Source: Octopus vulgaris
Taxonomy: Eukaryota
DNA: 64,000 bases
Assembly: GCA_951406725.2 (NCBI GenBank)
Contig: OX597814.1
Coordinates: forward strand, 140,430,001 to 140,494,000
Direction: 5' to 3'
Numbering within the stretch: position 1 is the first letter of the stretch; each line of letters starts with the position of its first letter. The translations under genes were made by a program, and so were the position numbers. Positions 12,100-25,562 of the stretch are shown here, one piece after another. The notes beneath the pieces were generated by a model that searched no databases, was not told the DNA's origin, and saw only the letters and a list, made by a program, of their open reading frames with translations.

Positions 12100-12891
12100 T
12101 TTTCGTCCTAAAAAACTTTGTATGGATTGAATGGTTACCTCTATGGAAATATATACACGCACATTATACATACATGTGTGTATAAATGAATATATAAATA
12201 CATTTAAATATCTATATACACTTTTGGGCGATCTTTCTGTTTCTTAGAGATAACTTTATCCCGTCCGATTCGCTCCAAAATTTACAGGGACATGTAGAAT
12301 GAGGTGACGATGCTCGTGGGCTACCTTAGAAATCCCTATCTTAAAAGGTGTGGTTGCTAGGGGCCATCTTCCTCACTCACCCTATTTCCTCCAGTACCCT
12401 TTCACTCCTCTTCATTTGACAAGCCACTACGGTTATTTAATATAAAGTCTTCCTCAAATCACTCTCTCGCTATTTACTCTCTTCCAAGAACATTTTCACT
12501 CACTCTTATCTCTTAGCTTCCCATACATTTTACTCATGTATCTGTCAGCGTCATAGACAGAAACAAATATTACATCGCCATCGCCATCGCATTCTATTGT
12601 CTACCTGTCAACACACACACAGTGAATTACTTTCACTTTATTCGTTGCACACTATGTGTGTGCGTGTGCTGTAGACCACACTAAGAGAAGCATTTGACTC
12701 AAACACCACAATGTGAGTTTTCTATAAATTTTGCTTAATTGGGGTTGAAATTTTAAAAAGTGGACCTGGCAAAACCCGATGCATTCTACTCTTAAAAATG
12801 CTAGGTAAATTGTAATTGAAGAAATCCTATATTGTAGATTTCTATAAGAGACAAAGGGAGGCAGATAAAATCTGCCTTTTATAATAAGAGA
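12100..12891 (-). mobile_element. Helitron family 3, 5' portion
   Basis: Minus strand begins TCTCTTATTATAAAAGGCAGA, a Helitron-like 5' TC plus AT-rich start. ~12690-12891 is nearly identical to ~14865-15066. No own CTAG end seen; left boundary uncertain. Confidence 0.65.
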
Positions 12892-12895
12892 TATA

Positions 12896-13250
12896 CTAGC
12901 ACTATGACCTGGCAACGCTGGGTCATAGTACTAGTGCATGCATATACAGCTGCGTACGTGCACACATACATGTGAGTACTGTCCAAATCTCCGACCAATC
13001 ACATACAGCTAGCTGGCATTCAATTGGCGTATCAAATTTCAGGCATTTTGATTGGGTTTTGGATAGAAAATTCCCCAAAAATCACTTCTATTGATTTTTT
13101 AATGGCTTTGCTGGATGACTGAGGAAATGTAAATATGTGCACGACCACTCTTGAACAGTTTTGAATGACCATAGAAAGTGCGAACCCTCTAACTGAAAAA
13201 TTGTGTATTTGTATAAAGGACACACACACAGACATTTTGCCGTTTATATG
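12896..13250 (-). mobile_element. Non-autonomous Helitron, family 1 (short copy)
   Basis: CTAG at 12896 with palindrome actagcactatgacc...ggtcatagtactagt. The 5' end gacattttgccgtttata matches 11230-11245. Confidence 0.8.
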
Positions 13251-13595
<345 letters not shown>

Positions 13596-13599
13596 TATA

Positions 13600-13996
13600 C
13601 TAGCAGTATCGCCCGGCGTTGCTCGGGTTTGTAAGGGAAATAACTATATAAGCATTTTTAGAGAGTTATAGCCAAAAAATAGGAAAAAAATGCATTAAAA
13701 ATGGAAAAAAAATTAAGGTAAATTTCTTTTTAAATCGTTGACACATCGTAGATATTTTTAGAGAGTTACTTTCCTTACATAATAGCAAAAAAAATGCATT
13801 AAAATGGAAAAATATGATGGTAAATTTTTTTAAATTGTAGACTCATCGTAGACGCGCGCTAATACCCAGAAGGGCTCGATATGAATCACGACTATAAGAT
13901 ACCTGGTTTTGGTTACACTGCACCGCAAAATGTGGGAGTCGTTACGAATCTAAATCGTAGGAGACAGACACACAACTTCACTCTTATATATAAAGA
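13600..13996 (-). mobile_element. Non-autonomous Helitron, family 2 (short copy)
   Basis: 3' CTAG at 13600 with the same cccggcgttgctcggg hairpin as 11265. 5' TCTTTATATATAAGAG at 13996. Internal ~100 bp tandem duplication (~13655-13850). Confidence 0.88.
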
Positions 13997-14104
13997 TATA
14001 AGTCACGTAGTTATATACACATACTTTGTTATATACACATTCTTAAAAGAAAATGTTATTTTGAATACAACATTTATAAAGAATAAAATATTTTTTGGCT
14101 TTTC

Positions 14105-14760
14105 TTAACCCTTTCGTTACTATATTTCTGACCAAATTACACCCCTTATGTGTTTCAATTAATTTCTAACGTAATCATAAATTTAGTCTGGTTTCATTAA
14201 ACAACTATAACTTTTTTATTTATCAATATATTAATCTGATTTTTGGAAGATAATTTAATGAAATATTCTCAACCAATTCTACACTATAATTTTTGTCACA
14301 AAGTGACTCTAATTGCAGGTAGATACAGGTAAATTCAACAATATATAAAATTATAAAAATTTTGTTCAAACATTGCTATAGAAAATGGGTTATTAGCTAA
14401 TATTCAATTGGGTATACAACAAAATTTTACGATAGAATTTGTTATTCTGGGTAACTTTCTGATACCCATAATAATATTTATGGCAAAATAGGCCTTAATT
14501 TAATTTAAGGTTGTGGGAAATAACAAACTATCCTTTCTTTCGCTTTGTTTACGTTTAGCATAATGATTTCAAATAGGCTCATTCGAAAAAGTAAAAAGAA
14601 ATAGTTTAAGGCTTTATACTCTTCTGGGAAAGTCTGTGGCTTGGTGCAGTTTCTTCAGAAAAATCACCGAAAGAAACAGTTTTTAAATTTTCACTCCATT
14701 CAGGTACCAATTCATTTTCTTAATCGCTGTCGGATTCACTGTTTTCACTTTAATAGCTGC
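14105..14760 (-). mobile_element. piggyBac deletion derivative with transposase N-terminal remnant
   Basis: TTAACCCTTTCG terminus at 14105. The minus strand of ~14750-14530 reads, with stops and frameshifts, SENSESDSD*ENELVPEWSENLKTVSFGDFSEETAPSHRL/EEYKALNYFFLLFRMSLFEII/YAKRKQ. This resembles the acidic N-terminus and the F-LF...L-E-I...YA block of piggyBac transposases. Confidence 0.55.
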
Positions 14761-14859
14761 AAACTTGCAAAGACAAAGGAGGAGAAGGGTGATAGCGTCA
14801 GTGAAACAGTCGCTCCCTTTGTGTGTGTGTGCGTTTGCGTGTAGTGTATCCCACATTAA

Positions 14860-15066
14860 GAAAAACATTTGACATATACACCAGAATGTGAGTTTTCTCT
14901 AAATTTTGCTTAATTGGGGTTGAAATTTTAAAAACCGGACCTGGCATGACCCAATGCATTCTACTCTTAAAAATGCTAGGTAAATTGTAATTGAAGAAAT
15001 CCTATATTGTAGATTTCTATAAATTACAAAGGGAGGCAGATAAAATCTGCCTTTTATAATAAGAGA
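14860..15066 (-). mobile_element. Helitron family 3, 5' portion (second copy)
   Basis: 5' TCTCTTATTATAAAAGGCAG at 15066; near-identical to 12690-12891. Confidence 0.65.
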
Positions 15067-15314
15067 TGCATGCTAATATATGACCTACGTTGGTCTCCTC
15101 ATTCGCATAATCACCGAACTTGGAGCTTAACTATGGTCTATACATAGCACTTACTCAGCATTACCTGACACCTTTGGGTCTTCTTGACATCATTACCTCT
15201 CATAGCCTCAATATATATATATGTATATTCATATCTACATATATATGTGTGTGTGTGTGTGTATGACCGCATGCGTACTGTTGGCGATTTTTTTTCCTCC
15301 GTCTTCTCTTCTCT

Positions 15315-15349
15315 GGATTGACGAAGAGCTCTGCTCGAAATGTAAAACC
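15315..15349 (+). ncRNA. Degenerate minimal hammerhead motif in a Penelope-like tail fragment (~15275-15450)
   Basis: TTGACGA-A-GAGC-tct-GCTC-GAAA-TGTA-AAAC. Flanks are homologous to 1125-1320 and end in (TA)n. Confidence 0.55.
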
Positions 15350-15546
15350 CTCCTTCTTCCCTTCCTTCCTGAGCGTCCAATAATACTATATTTGTTCCAC
15401 ATCCTCGCGTTGTTGTGTTTTCTCTTGGGGTTTTCATGTTTGGATTAACTATATATATATATATATATATATATGTTTGTGTGTGTATGTGTATATATAC
15501 ATATACATATATATATACATATATATGTATATATAGGTATATGTGT

Positions 15547-15589
<43 letters not shown>

Positions 15590-15671
15590 CAAAATATTAG
15601 GGAATAAATCCAAACTTACAGGGAAAAATCAGATTTAGGATTGAATCCAATTTTATAGTAAAATATTATAT

Positions 15672-15918
15672 TATATTAAATTAGAGATAAAACCACTATT
15701 AGGCAAATCATACAATGAAAAACTTAAGCCAATACATAAGATTAATTAATTTATATTATTTAAATATATATCAAAATGATTAAAAAAGATAATTAATATA
15801 ACACAATTATCTTTTTTAATAATTTTGATATATATTTAAATAATATAAATTAATTAATCTTATGTATTGGCTTAAGTTTTTCATTGTATGATTTGCCTAA
15901 TAGTGGTTTTATCTCTAA

Positions 15919-15926
<8 letters not shown>
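15672..15926. repeat. Near-perfect palindrome, ~120 bp arms, 10-nt loop
   Basis: Arms 15672-15794 and 15805-15926, one visible mismatch. Lies between (TA)n tracts. Confidence 0.95.
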
Positions 15927-15991
<65 letters not shown>

Positions 15992-16474
15992 TACATATAT
16001 ATATATACATACACACACACATATATAAAATAGTCATACAACCATGTATATATGATGGTATGCATCTATGTATTCAAAGTTAGTGCTTTAAATAATGTTC
16101 TTGACATGGTCATATCTTAATATTTCTTCCCTCAATGTCTCTGATATTCCAAGTATGTTTGTTATAAATTTTAAAAAAAAACCTTATTATAGAGTTAATC
16201 TTTTTCTCTGCAAATCCTCTTTTACCAGTTCACTAATTTGATTCTCCTTTGCTTACCTTGTATATGTCATGTTTCATTACATAACACAATGTTGAACTGC
16301 TAAGTTAGAGGGATGTAAAAACCCAACATTGGTTATGAAGTGACAGGAGGGAGACAAACAGAAACACACACACACACAAGTTTCTAGTTTCCATCTACCA
16401 AATTCATTCATGAGGCATTGATGGTGGTGTGTGTGTCTGTATAACCCCACCATTTACTGACTCATATATATATA

Positions 16475-16856
16475 CAGGAGTGGCTTTGTGGTAAGTAGCT
16501 TGCTAACGAACCGCATGGTTCCAGGTTCACTCCCACTCCATGGCACCTTGGATAAGTGTCTTCTACTATAGCTTTGAGCTAACCAAAGCCTTGTGAGTGG
16601 ATTTGGTAGGCAGGAACTGAAAGAATCCCATCATATATATGTGTTTGTGTGTGTGTGTATAGATATATATATATACATACATACGTATGTGTGTGTATAT
16701 GTTTGTTCCGCTAACATCACTTGACAACTGATGCTGGTGTGTTTTTGCCCTCGTAACTTAGTGGTTTGGCAAAAGAGACCGACAGAATAAGTACTAGGTT
16801 TACAAAGAATAAGTTCTGGGGTCAATTTCCCTGAAACCAGTAAAAGAATAAAAGAA
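16475..16856 (+). mobile_element. Major octopus SINE copy
   Basis: Colinear with 6048-6461. Confidence 0.85.
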
Positions 16857-17050
16857 TGTGTGTGGTAAATGTGTATATACATGTGTATGTGTATATATAT
16901 ATATGTGTATATTTGTGTACATATATATATATATCACTGTGATCACTGTGACCGACCAGGCTATCAGATGATACTACACATCGCTGGTCACAATGTGCTT
17001 TGCATTGTTTTAGCCTTCAAGTGATGCCACCCCACTGGCTAAGCGAGCAG

Positions 17051-17103
<53 letters not shown>

Positions 17104-17424
17104 CAAGTAAGTTAGGGGCTGTGGATCCAACCATCCAAGGGATAATACTTATCCAATATACTGTTGGTATAATACCCAAATTATTAATACATAAGTGCCA
17201 CATATTAGACGAGGTTCGTCGCAATAACAGTGTAGCACAAAACGGCGGTGCATCAGCATGGCCGCAGCTCTGAGCTGAAAGTAGAAAAAAAAAAAAAAAG
17301 TGTTTTTAATTGTAATGCAATTAACTTACTTATTGTATTAAATTGGTGAAGGTAAAGAAATATTTTACCATTAATATATATTACAAATAAGAAAATGGAG
17401 AAACAATTTGGTTGGTTTATCAGC

Positions 17425-17603
17425 TTTATGTATGTATAAATACATATATATATACATATATATATGTATAAATACATATATACATACATATATATGTATA
17501 CATATAAATACATATATACATACATATATGTATATATACATGTATAAATACATATATACATATATATATATATATACATGTATAAATGCATATATATATA
17601 TGC

Positions 17604-17661
<58 letters not shown>

Positions 17662-17670
17662 GTATGTATG
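17425..17670. repeat. (TA/TACA/TG)n compound microsatellite
   Basis: Direct reading. Confidence 0.95.
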
Positions 17671-18412
17671 CAGGGTTTCCAAACAGTTTCCATCAACCAG
17701 ATTCACTCATAAAGCATTGATAATTCCAAAGCTGTTGTAGAAGACATTCGCCCTAGGTGCTGTGCAAGTGGGACTGAACCCACATACTTGCAAAGCATAG
17801 TTGTTAACCATAGAGTCAGGCCTGAGCCTAAGAAACAAAAACCCAGCAGAAAGTGCAAATAAATTTTCAACCTAAAAACAATCTTTGACCGGAATCTCCA
17901 GATTTTCTCCTGGAATCTTAAAATTTCTTCTTTTAAGAATTGCGACCTTATAGTTTTATCACGTTGTGGTAGTTATTATTTTATCTTATATACTGATATA
18001 TTATCAGTTGGTATTTCTGATATAATCAAAATGTTTTCCATATGGTTCCTGAAGTTTATAAATAGTTCTTTCTTTTTCTTCATTTTTTTTTTTTTATGGA
18101 GGGGTCCACAATTTTACCGATTCTTCGGCAGATTTTATCCACAACTCTCAAATGTTGACAGGAATGGCATTTTTAGAGTTATGATCTACTATATTGTTTT
18201 TTACATGTCAACTATAACTTCTACTTAATATACAATTTCATACTGTCCTATACATTTTCCAGAGTACACACACACACACACGCGCGCGTTTAATGCCTAT
18301 TAGACTCACGGTTACTGATTTTCAGACTGCTTTCTGTAAATTCTTTATCCTGTGTAACTAAACCATGTTGCTACAGACGTCATTGTCAAGAATTTATATA
18401 TATATATATATG

Positions 18413-18478
<66 letters not shown>

Positions 18479-19214
18479 GTAAAATGCGTGTGTATGTGCG
18501 TATCTTTAAATATACACACACACATATATGTAGCGATATATTTCGAAATTATTTAATTATAATAATATACTCTGGAACTATTTTACTGAAATGTCAACGG
18601 AATGGATCATTTTCTAACTAATATAGATATTATTTAATAATTATGAATTATAATAAAGAATATATATTTTATGAGAAGCAGTTATGCTATTTATTTTATG
18701 GTAGTTTTAAAAGAACACACTCGATGTATTTTGGTGCAGTTACTGTATTCAGAATTAAAGACTGGAAAACAAACAAACAATTGAATAAATAAAACAAAAG
18801 AATGAATTGGCAGAGAGATAAAGCAACAAACAAACAACCCTCCGTCCCCAGTTCCCCCCCTATCGTTAACAGATCGTTTACTTATTAAAACGTTGTTTGT
18901 GATATTATGTGTATAGTGGGAGATCTGTAAGCATTCAGTCAATCATGTCTGGCTCCCATTTTAAAGCCACCCTTCCCATCAACGACCTCATTCTAAAAGT
19001 GCAAACTTGAAATCGACATCAAACGCAAGCTCTATTTTCAGTTTCGGATTTCTGCTCTCCCTTCTTTTTTCGCGTTCATTTTCCTTTTTTTTTCTTTCTT
19101 TGTTAATTATATTTATTTATTTATTTAATTGTAGACTGCTGTTGTTTAGTTGCAGGTCAACCAGCTTTGACAAAAAAAAAAAAGGAATGATTCCAGCAAT
19201 GACCATCACTCCGA

Positions 19215-19216
19215 TT

Positions 19217-19251
<35 letters not shown>

Positions 19252-19423
19252 ATCTCCCTTTCTTTCTTTATTACTTTATTTCTTTCTATCTCCCTTTCTT
19301 TCTATCCCCCTTTCTTTCTTTCTTTCTTTTTTTCTTTCTTTCTTTCTTTCTTTATTACTTTATTTCTTTCTTTCTTTCTTTCTTTCTTTCTATATCCCTT
19401 TCTTTCTTTATTTCTTTCTTTCT
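19215..19423. repeat. (TTTC)n polypyrimidine microsatellite
   Basis: Direct reading; explains the F/L/S-rich ORF 19007-19435. Confidence 0.93.
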
Positions 19424-20191
19424 TATACAGTGTAGTCGCTATACTATGTAACATTTCATTTTTTTTTTTTCCTAAAGACTGTAGGGTGTGGTGTAAAATT
19501 TTGCTGCTAACTCTAGCAGGTCAAACCGCTGCGGAAAGACACATTAGCTCGTGTGTGTATACAGGTTTGGTAAATACAAAGAGGAAAAACTAGGACTAAA
19601 AACATATATGCATACACGATACTTATGTACATGGTACTTAACAAACGACATCACGAAACTCTCGGTCTTTGAGACACTTTGTAATTTCTACCAATTAAAG
19701 TAAAACATAAAATATATGTAATGTGTGTGTGTATGTGTGTGTGTGTGTGTGAATTTTATTACTACTGTGGGATGTACTTGTTATTAAGTCCAGGGTCAGC
19801 ACTAAAAAAAAAACAAATCTAGCCGTGATTATAGCATTTTTTTTTCTTGTTTTCAGATACAATATATCCAAGACTACCTTCCTAATGTGCCCTTCACTTT
19901 GTAACATAGGAGGGTTTCATACGAGAGTGACTTGGCTGCTGTTTCTAGCAAGTTCAACAACCTTGACAGTCTCCAGCATCAGAGAAATCGCCATATTTAG
20001 TTTCCTAAGGCATATAAAATTCACTTACTAAAAACAACTTGTGATCAGAAACTTCCAGATGTAATAAATGTTAAATGTTGTTTTTATGACTTTGTACTTT
20101 TTAAAATTTCACTCTAAATGCAAATAACTAAAATGAAATATGGATAACCTAAATTTAAATTACACAAAGGCAAAAAAAAAAAAAAGGGACT

Positions 20192-20402
20192 GGGTTATCA
20201 GATAAATTCATTCGTTTTGTGTTTTTTTTTTTAAATCCTTCCCAATGATATTTGAATTAACTCGAAAAATATTTTTATTGTAGTGTTTAATGTTTTTCTT
20301 TTGTATACTGTTTCTTGAAATTTGAATAGAATTTATTTCTCTTTAGACATATGATGGCGTACCAACTAGGAAAAAAACGAACGAATTTATCTGACAACTT
20401 AA
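20192..20402. mobile_element. Mariner-like MITE
   Basis: Inverted termini ggttatcagataaattcattcgtttt / aaaacgaacgaatttatctgacaac. Confidence 0.7.
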
Positions 20403-20446
20403 TATTTAAGAACATACATACATACATATGTATATATATATGTATA

Positions 20447-20494
<48 letters not shown>

Positions 20495-20719
20495 GGTAGT
20501 TATTAATGAGGATCAAAATCACGAATGGCTTACAAAGTGATAATCTTTGCCTTATGATAATTCTTAAACCTGAGTGCAGTTATGTAGCAAGAATGTGTGC
20601 CACTAGAGACAGCTACTGGGTTTACGGCCCCTTCCCTCCGACCCCATATTCTATACAAGCTTATGCAACAAACCCAACAATGTTACCCCTCATAAAAGCA
20701 TCACTAGGGGTGGACCACC

Positions 20720-20893
20720 GGTAACCAGTAATAAAGTCACAATCTTGGCGAGGTAAAAATGTCACAATTAATTTATAGTGGCCAATAATAAAGTCACAGG
20801 AAAAAAGTCACAATTAATTTATGGGGTCCAGACAACCCTCCCCCCAGAACAAAATCCCTGTGACTTTATTACTGTGACATTTTTACTTGGATT
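20720..20893. mobile_element. MITE with iterated subterminal AAAGTCACA motifs
   Basis: Four forward motifs (aataaagtcaca / aaaaatgtcaca; ~20730, 20756, 20787, 20801) and two inverted ones (~20859, 20873). Confidence 0.6.
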
Positions 20894-20955
20894 CTGTTTT
20901 ATCAGTAAGTAGAAATATGATTGATGATGTACAATATAATTCCATTATATATATA

Positions 20956-21900
20956 CAGACACACCTCATCCTACATCGTTAATTGGTTCCAGGAGACACA
21001 ACTTAAGTCGAAAAATGACTTAAGTTGAATTAACTTGTCTCTAGGCTAGGCTAAGCCGAATTTACTTGTCTCTAGACTAAACCGACAATTACCTCCCAAC
21101 ATAATGGTCATGCGTTCTTTTGAGACCTTGTAGTCTGGAATAGCTTTCTCCTCCTTGGAAATGAATAAATGGTCTGGCAATTTTTTCCAATTCAATCCAG
21201 TTTCGTTTGCATTAAAAATCTGTTCAGGAAGAAGCCTGTTTTCTTCGATGATTTTCTTTAATGCATTAGGAAATTTGGCTGCTGCTTGTTCATCAGCCGA
21301 AGCACTTTCACCTTGCTTCTTAATGGAGTGATAACTTCTTCGCGCCTTTAATCTCATGGACTATCCTTGACTTGCCTTGAGCTCTACATCTTTCTCATCT
21401 GGGTATTTTTTCATCAGGTCCTCAAACAAAGACAATGCTTTCACTTGAAGGATTTCTTGATTAATAGTAGCACTCTGATGATTCAACTTAATCCAAAGAG
21501 GAAGAAAACTTTCCATTTTTTCAAAGATTTTGCCTCTTTTCTTATTGATAACAGTGTTCTTCATCCCTGGGGCTTCAGATTTGATATGTGTTAAAATCTT
21601 GTCCTTATTATGTACAATCATCGATACAGTTGTCCAACTCATCCCAAAAGATTATGCAATTGCTACCAGTTTTTCACCTTTTCCATAGCATTTTATCATA
21701 GCCAGTTTATCTTCCAGCATTATAGCATGATGCTTAGCACTTTCACTATGAATTTTTTTAGGAGCCATGGGGGCAAAAAATAAAATCACAAATGAATGAG
21801 AATGAGAAAGTAACTGATAAACAGAGGTAAACAAATCTGAATTCAAAACAATCACAGGAATCCCGAGTGACAACGACACCTAACAGTAGATATTAGAACT
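20956..21900 (-). mobile_element. Tigger/pogo DNA transposon, internally deleted
   Basis: TA|CAGACACACCTCATC... terminus at 20956 plus the transposase pseudogene. The other TIR was not identified. Confidence 0.8.
21088..21768 (-). pseudogene. TIGD1-like (CENP-B/pogo family) transposase pseudogene
   Basis: Three consecutive ORFs separated only by stop codons join to give MAPKK...IMLEDKLAMIK..GEKLVAIA*SFGMSWTTVSMIVHNKDKI...EKMESFLPLWI...ILQVKALSLF...KASQG*.MRLK.R...GESASAD...QIFNANETGLNWKK.P....SKEEK...KVSKERMTIMLGGN. That is HTH-psq, CENP-B HTH and the start of DDE_1, with the catalytic D changed to N. Confidence 0.93.
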
Positions 21901-22433
21901 ACAGTGCCATGTGAACTCCGAAAGAGTGATAAACAAGACAACACAACTGATTTCATGATTTCATTCACTAAATTGCTCTACTTTATGGTGTGTATCTTAA
22001 CATTTACTGTACATACTTTCACATGATTTTATATGCTTTTATTCTTATTTATTGCACAGTAACATGATCTTATGAGAAGAGAGAACTGAGGGGTCCTCTC
22101 TGAGCTATATGCTGTCTCTATTCATCTACCAATCATTTTACAGAGTGAAATGGGTGCGTTTTATCATGACACCAGCACTAGTGAGGTATCTTTGTACCTT
22201 GTAGTACAAAAAAGGATCTATATGTTGTCTCTGTTTGGGGCAGCATGGCCAATAGATTAAAGAGGACAGAGGATTGTCAGCAGAAGACAAACAAAGGTGG
22301 GTGGGACAGAAAAGGATATGATAGTTGGCAGTAGGGTGATCAGATGACTATGTGGATGGAATGAGATATAGCAGAGACAGTGCAAGTGACAGTAATGGCA
22401 AGGTGTGATGAGAGATAGTAATAGCATAGTACA

Positions 22434-22465
<32 letters not shown>

Positions 22466-22832
22466 CGACAGACAGACAAACTGACAGACACACAGACAGA
22501 CATATGGAGCAAGTGAGAGATAGCTTTAGAAATGGTCGGTGGTGGCATGTGTGATCGAGGTCAATTATGAGTGAGTGACATGGTAGAGAGGAAGTTATTA
22601 GATGGATGTCAATAAAGAAGTGACTCAATGGAGAAGTAGAGTTAAGTAACATGTTTGTTGGGAGAGAGAGAGAGAAAGAAAGAAAGAGAGTGAAAGAGGA
22701 AGTGAAAATGGGGTGTACTGGATTCCATCAAATCTGATGCAACTTGCATTCCTCAGGCAACATGATGGGAGAGAGGCACCAAGGCAATTACATGTTTGCT
22801 GGTAAGAGAGAGTGAATGAGATAAAGAGAGAA

Positions 22833-22863
<31 letters not shown>

Positions 22864-23222
22864 TCAATAAAGAGATGCCGGGGGAAAGGGTTGGAGGTGA
22901 GCAGCATAGAAAGATAATGTTAGCTAGTGAGAGAACAACCTAAGGGTGGCAGGGAGTTGAGAAGCAGTACATATAGGTAAAGGTAGGGTGTGATTCAATG
23001 CTAAAAGGGCTACTGTAATCTTTCGTTACTCAAATAACATGATTTGGGACGAATTTGAGAAGTAGCAAGATATGAGTGGTGATAGCAGGAGGAGATTGCG
23101 CATGGACTGATCTAAGGTTTTCTTTCATTTCACGGTTGGTATGGTACAGTGAACAGAAGGAATGACAAAGATGAGAAGTTAGTGAATATGTAAGATGGTG
23201 ACTTGGTAGTGGAAACATTAAA

Positions 23223-23260
<38 letters not shown>

Positions 23261-25075
23261 AATAAACGAGGAAATTGGTGAAAAGTCTAGTTGTAGACAT
23301 AATATATTCTGGCCTCCATCACAGTTCCTTCCTTCATTTTAACATATTTTGCCAAGCTTTCATGGGTGGTCGGGTCTTATCCAGCAGTTCCTCATTGCCA
23401 ATCAGCATGGGCCTTTGTCACCACACACACATGCACGCATGCACGTGCACACACACACAAACACACACACACACACACACATTATTTCTCTAACACTTCC
23501 CACAATAACTACTTTGTCTCACAAAATACTGTTGTACACTTCTTTTGCTCCCTAATTTCCAATCTGATTAATGTTGGCACAGACACCCACTAATCTACCA
23601 GTTCTAGTGACTATCCATATTTACTGTCTTGCGATATTGATTGCTTCAAAGTATTGATTATTTACAATATTGATTTCTTAGATAAGCACACAGTTTCAGA
23701 CTTGCAGAGGAAGGGAAATGAGATTCTACAAGGTGTTTAGCACTTTGGGTAAGTGTCTTCTACTGTAGCCTTGTGGGTGGAATTTGACAGACAGAAGTGT
23801 GCACAAACTTATGCACACGTATGCACTTGCATGCATGCATGCACATGTATGTGCGTTTGTGCATGCCTGCATGTGTGCATGTGTGTGTCTTTCAGTGTGG
23901 GGTATAAACATCAGTGAGAAAATGAAAGATATGAATGAAGACCCTTGCAATATTTGTTCTGCACTGATTTACTGACTCCCTCGCCATACTTACCATCAGA
24001 AATGCAGTAAACCAGTGATTGTTCTATTAGAAATTTATGATGGTATTATTTACCAATTGCAATATAAAGTAGATAAATAAAATGAAGCGAGACTGCAACA
24101 ACCAGGAATGAAAAACAGGTTATTAGGTGCTTGCCCATCTCTACAGAGCTCAAAGGTCACTTAAGAGATGGTAAATAGAGAAAAAAAATGGTAAAAAAGC
24201 TCACCTTGTACAATGATTGACCCACAGAGTAAAGAACTTTAGCATCAGTTTTAACAATTTCTTATTCAAAACATCGAGCTCGAACTCAGAGAAATAGCAG
24301 CCAAACCTACCTCCAAACCACATCATACCAACTTAAAGAAAAAACACTTTGTTATAATGTAATCCTAAATACAGGCTGTGTGGTAAGAAGTTTGCTTCTG
24401 AACCATATGGTTCCAGGTTCAATCCCACTGCATGTCTCCTAAGGCAAAATGTCTTCTATGGCCCAGGGCCAACCAAAGCCTTGTGAGTATATTTGATAGA
24501 CAGAAACTGAATGAAGCCTGTCACATATACATATATGTGTGTTTGTGTGCTTTTGTTTGTCACCCCCACCACCACCACTTGACAACCAGTGTCAGTTTAC
24601 ACCCCCATAACTTAACAGTTTAGTATAAGAGATTGATAAAATAAGTACCAGGCTTTAAAAAATAATACTAGAGGAGGAGGGCAATTCAGTTGACTAAAAC
24701 CCTTCAAGATTGTGCTCCAGCATGGACCACAGTCCAATGTCTGAAACAAGTAAAAGATGATGTAATCCTAGACTGTAACCAAAAATAGAATGCAAAAAAG
24801 ATAAAAAGGGAATGTTCAGGGTGGAATACTTTTGTTTATGAGTCTGCTGGACCAGAGCTGACCTGAGGCCAAACAGAAATAATGACAACCAGCTACCTGC
24901 CAACAATGGTTTAACTATTTAATATTCAAACCAGCCATATCAAACTCAAATATTCTACCTGTTTTATGTTCAAACTGACCAGATCAGGCCTCTCACACTA
25001 ATCCTACAATGGGCAATTCTAAAAATAAGCAATCACAACATTGAAATCTCAGAGCTATAAGATAATGCATGATTA

Positions 25076-25562
25076 CTGTATTTTGACGTATATAAGGAAC
25101 CCTTTTTTGTCAAAAGTTGGGTTAAAAAATATGATAGTATTATAATAAAAATTTTTTAAATTTCACCCTTTTCAAGCCTGGCCAGACTCACGGGCCCGGT
25201 TTCTTGGTTTCTGTGGCATATGTGTTCCCCCCAGCTGGACGGGACACCAGTCCATTGCAGCATTACTCAAGAAACTGGAAGAGAGAGTGAGAGAAAGTTG
25301 TGGCGAAAGAGTATAACAGGGGTCGCCACCACCCCCTGCCGGAGCCTCATGGAGCTTTTAGGTGTTTTCTCTCAAGAAGCACACACAACGCCCGGTCTGG
25401 GAACCAAAACCTCGATCCTCCGACCACAAGTCCGCTGCCCTAACCACTGAGCCATTGTGCCTCCAGTATTATAATAGACAGTATTATAATCCCTTGCAAA
25501 ATATTTTTTCCAAATTTTAAGCCCTAAAAATTAGGGGGTTCCTTATACACATTAAAATACGG
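25076..25562. mobile_element. pogo/Tc1-type MITE with TA duplication
   Basis: TA|ctgtattttgacgtatataaggaaccc ... gggttccttatacacattaaaatacgg|TA, inserted in the gatTAattc site of the piggyBac-like MITE. A related MITE lies at ~55602-55752. Confidence 0.75.
25168..25465 (-). mobile_element. tRNA-derived SINE (head A, tail Y)
   Basis: Head matches 7223 (ggaggcacaatggctcagtggttagggcagcggac); tail matches 36850-36940. Apparent TSD agtattataata (25136/25465). Confidence 0.85.

Noticed and set aside
19007-19435. 142 aa hydrophobic membrane-protein-like ORF
   Set aside because: Derived from poly-T and (TTTC)n low-complexity sequence; non-ATG start.
21046-21879. Domesticated TIGD/CENP-B host gene
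   Set aside because: In-frame stops, catalytic D mutated, DDE domain deleted, transposon terminus adjacent.
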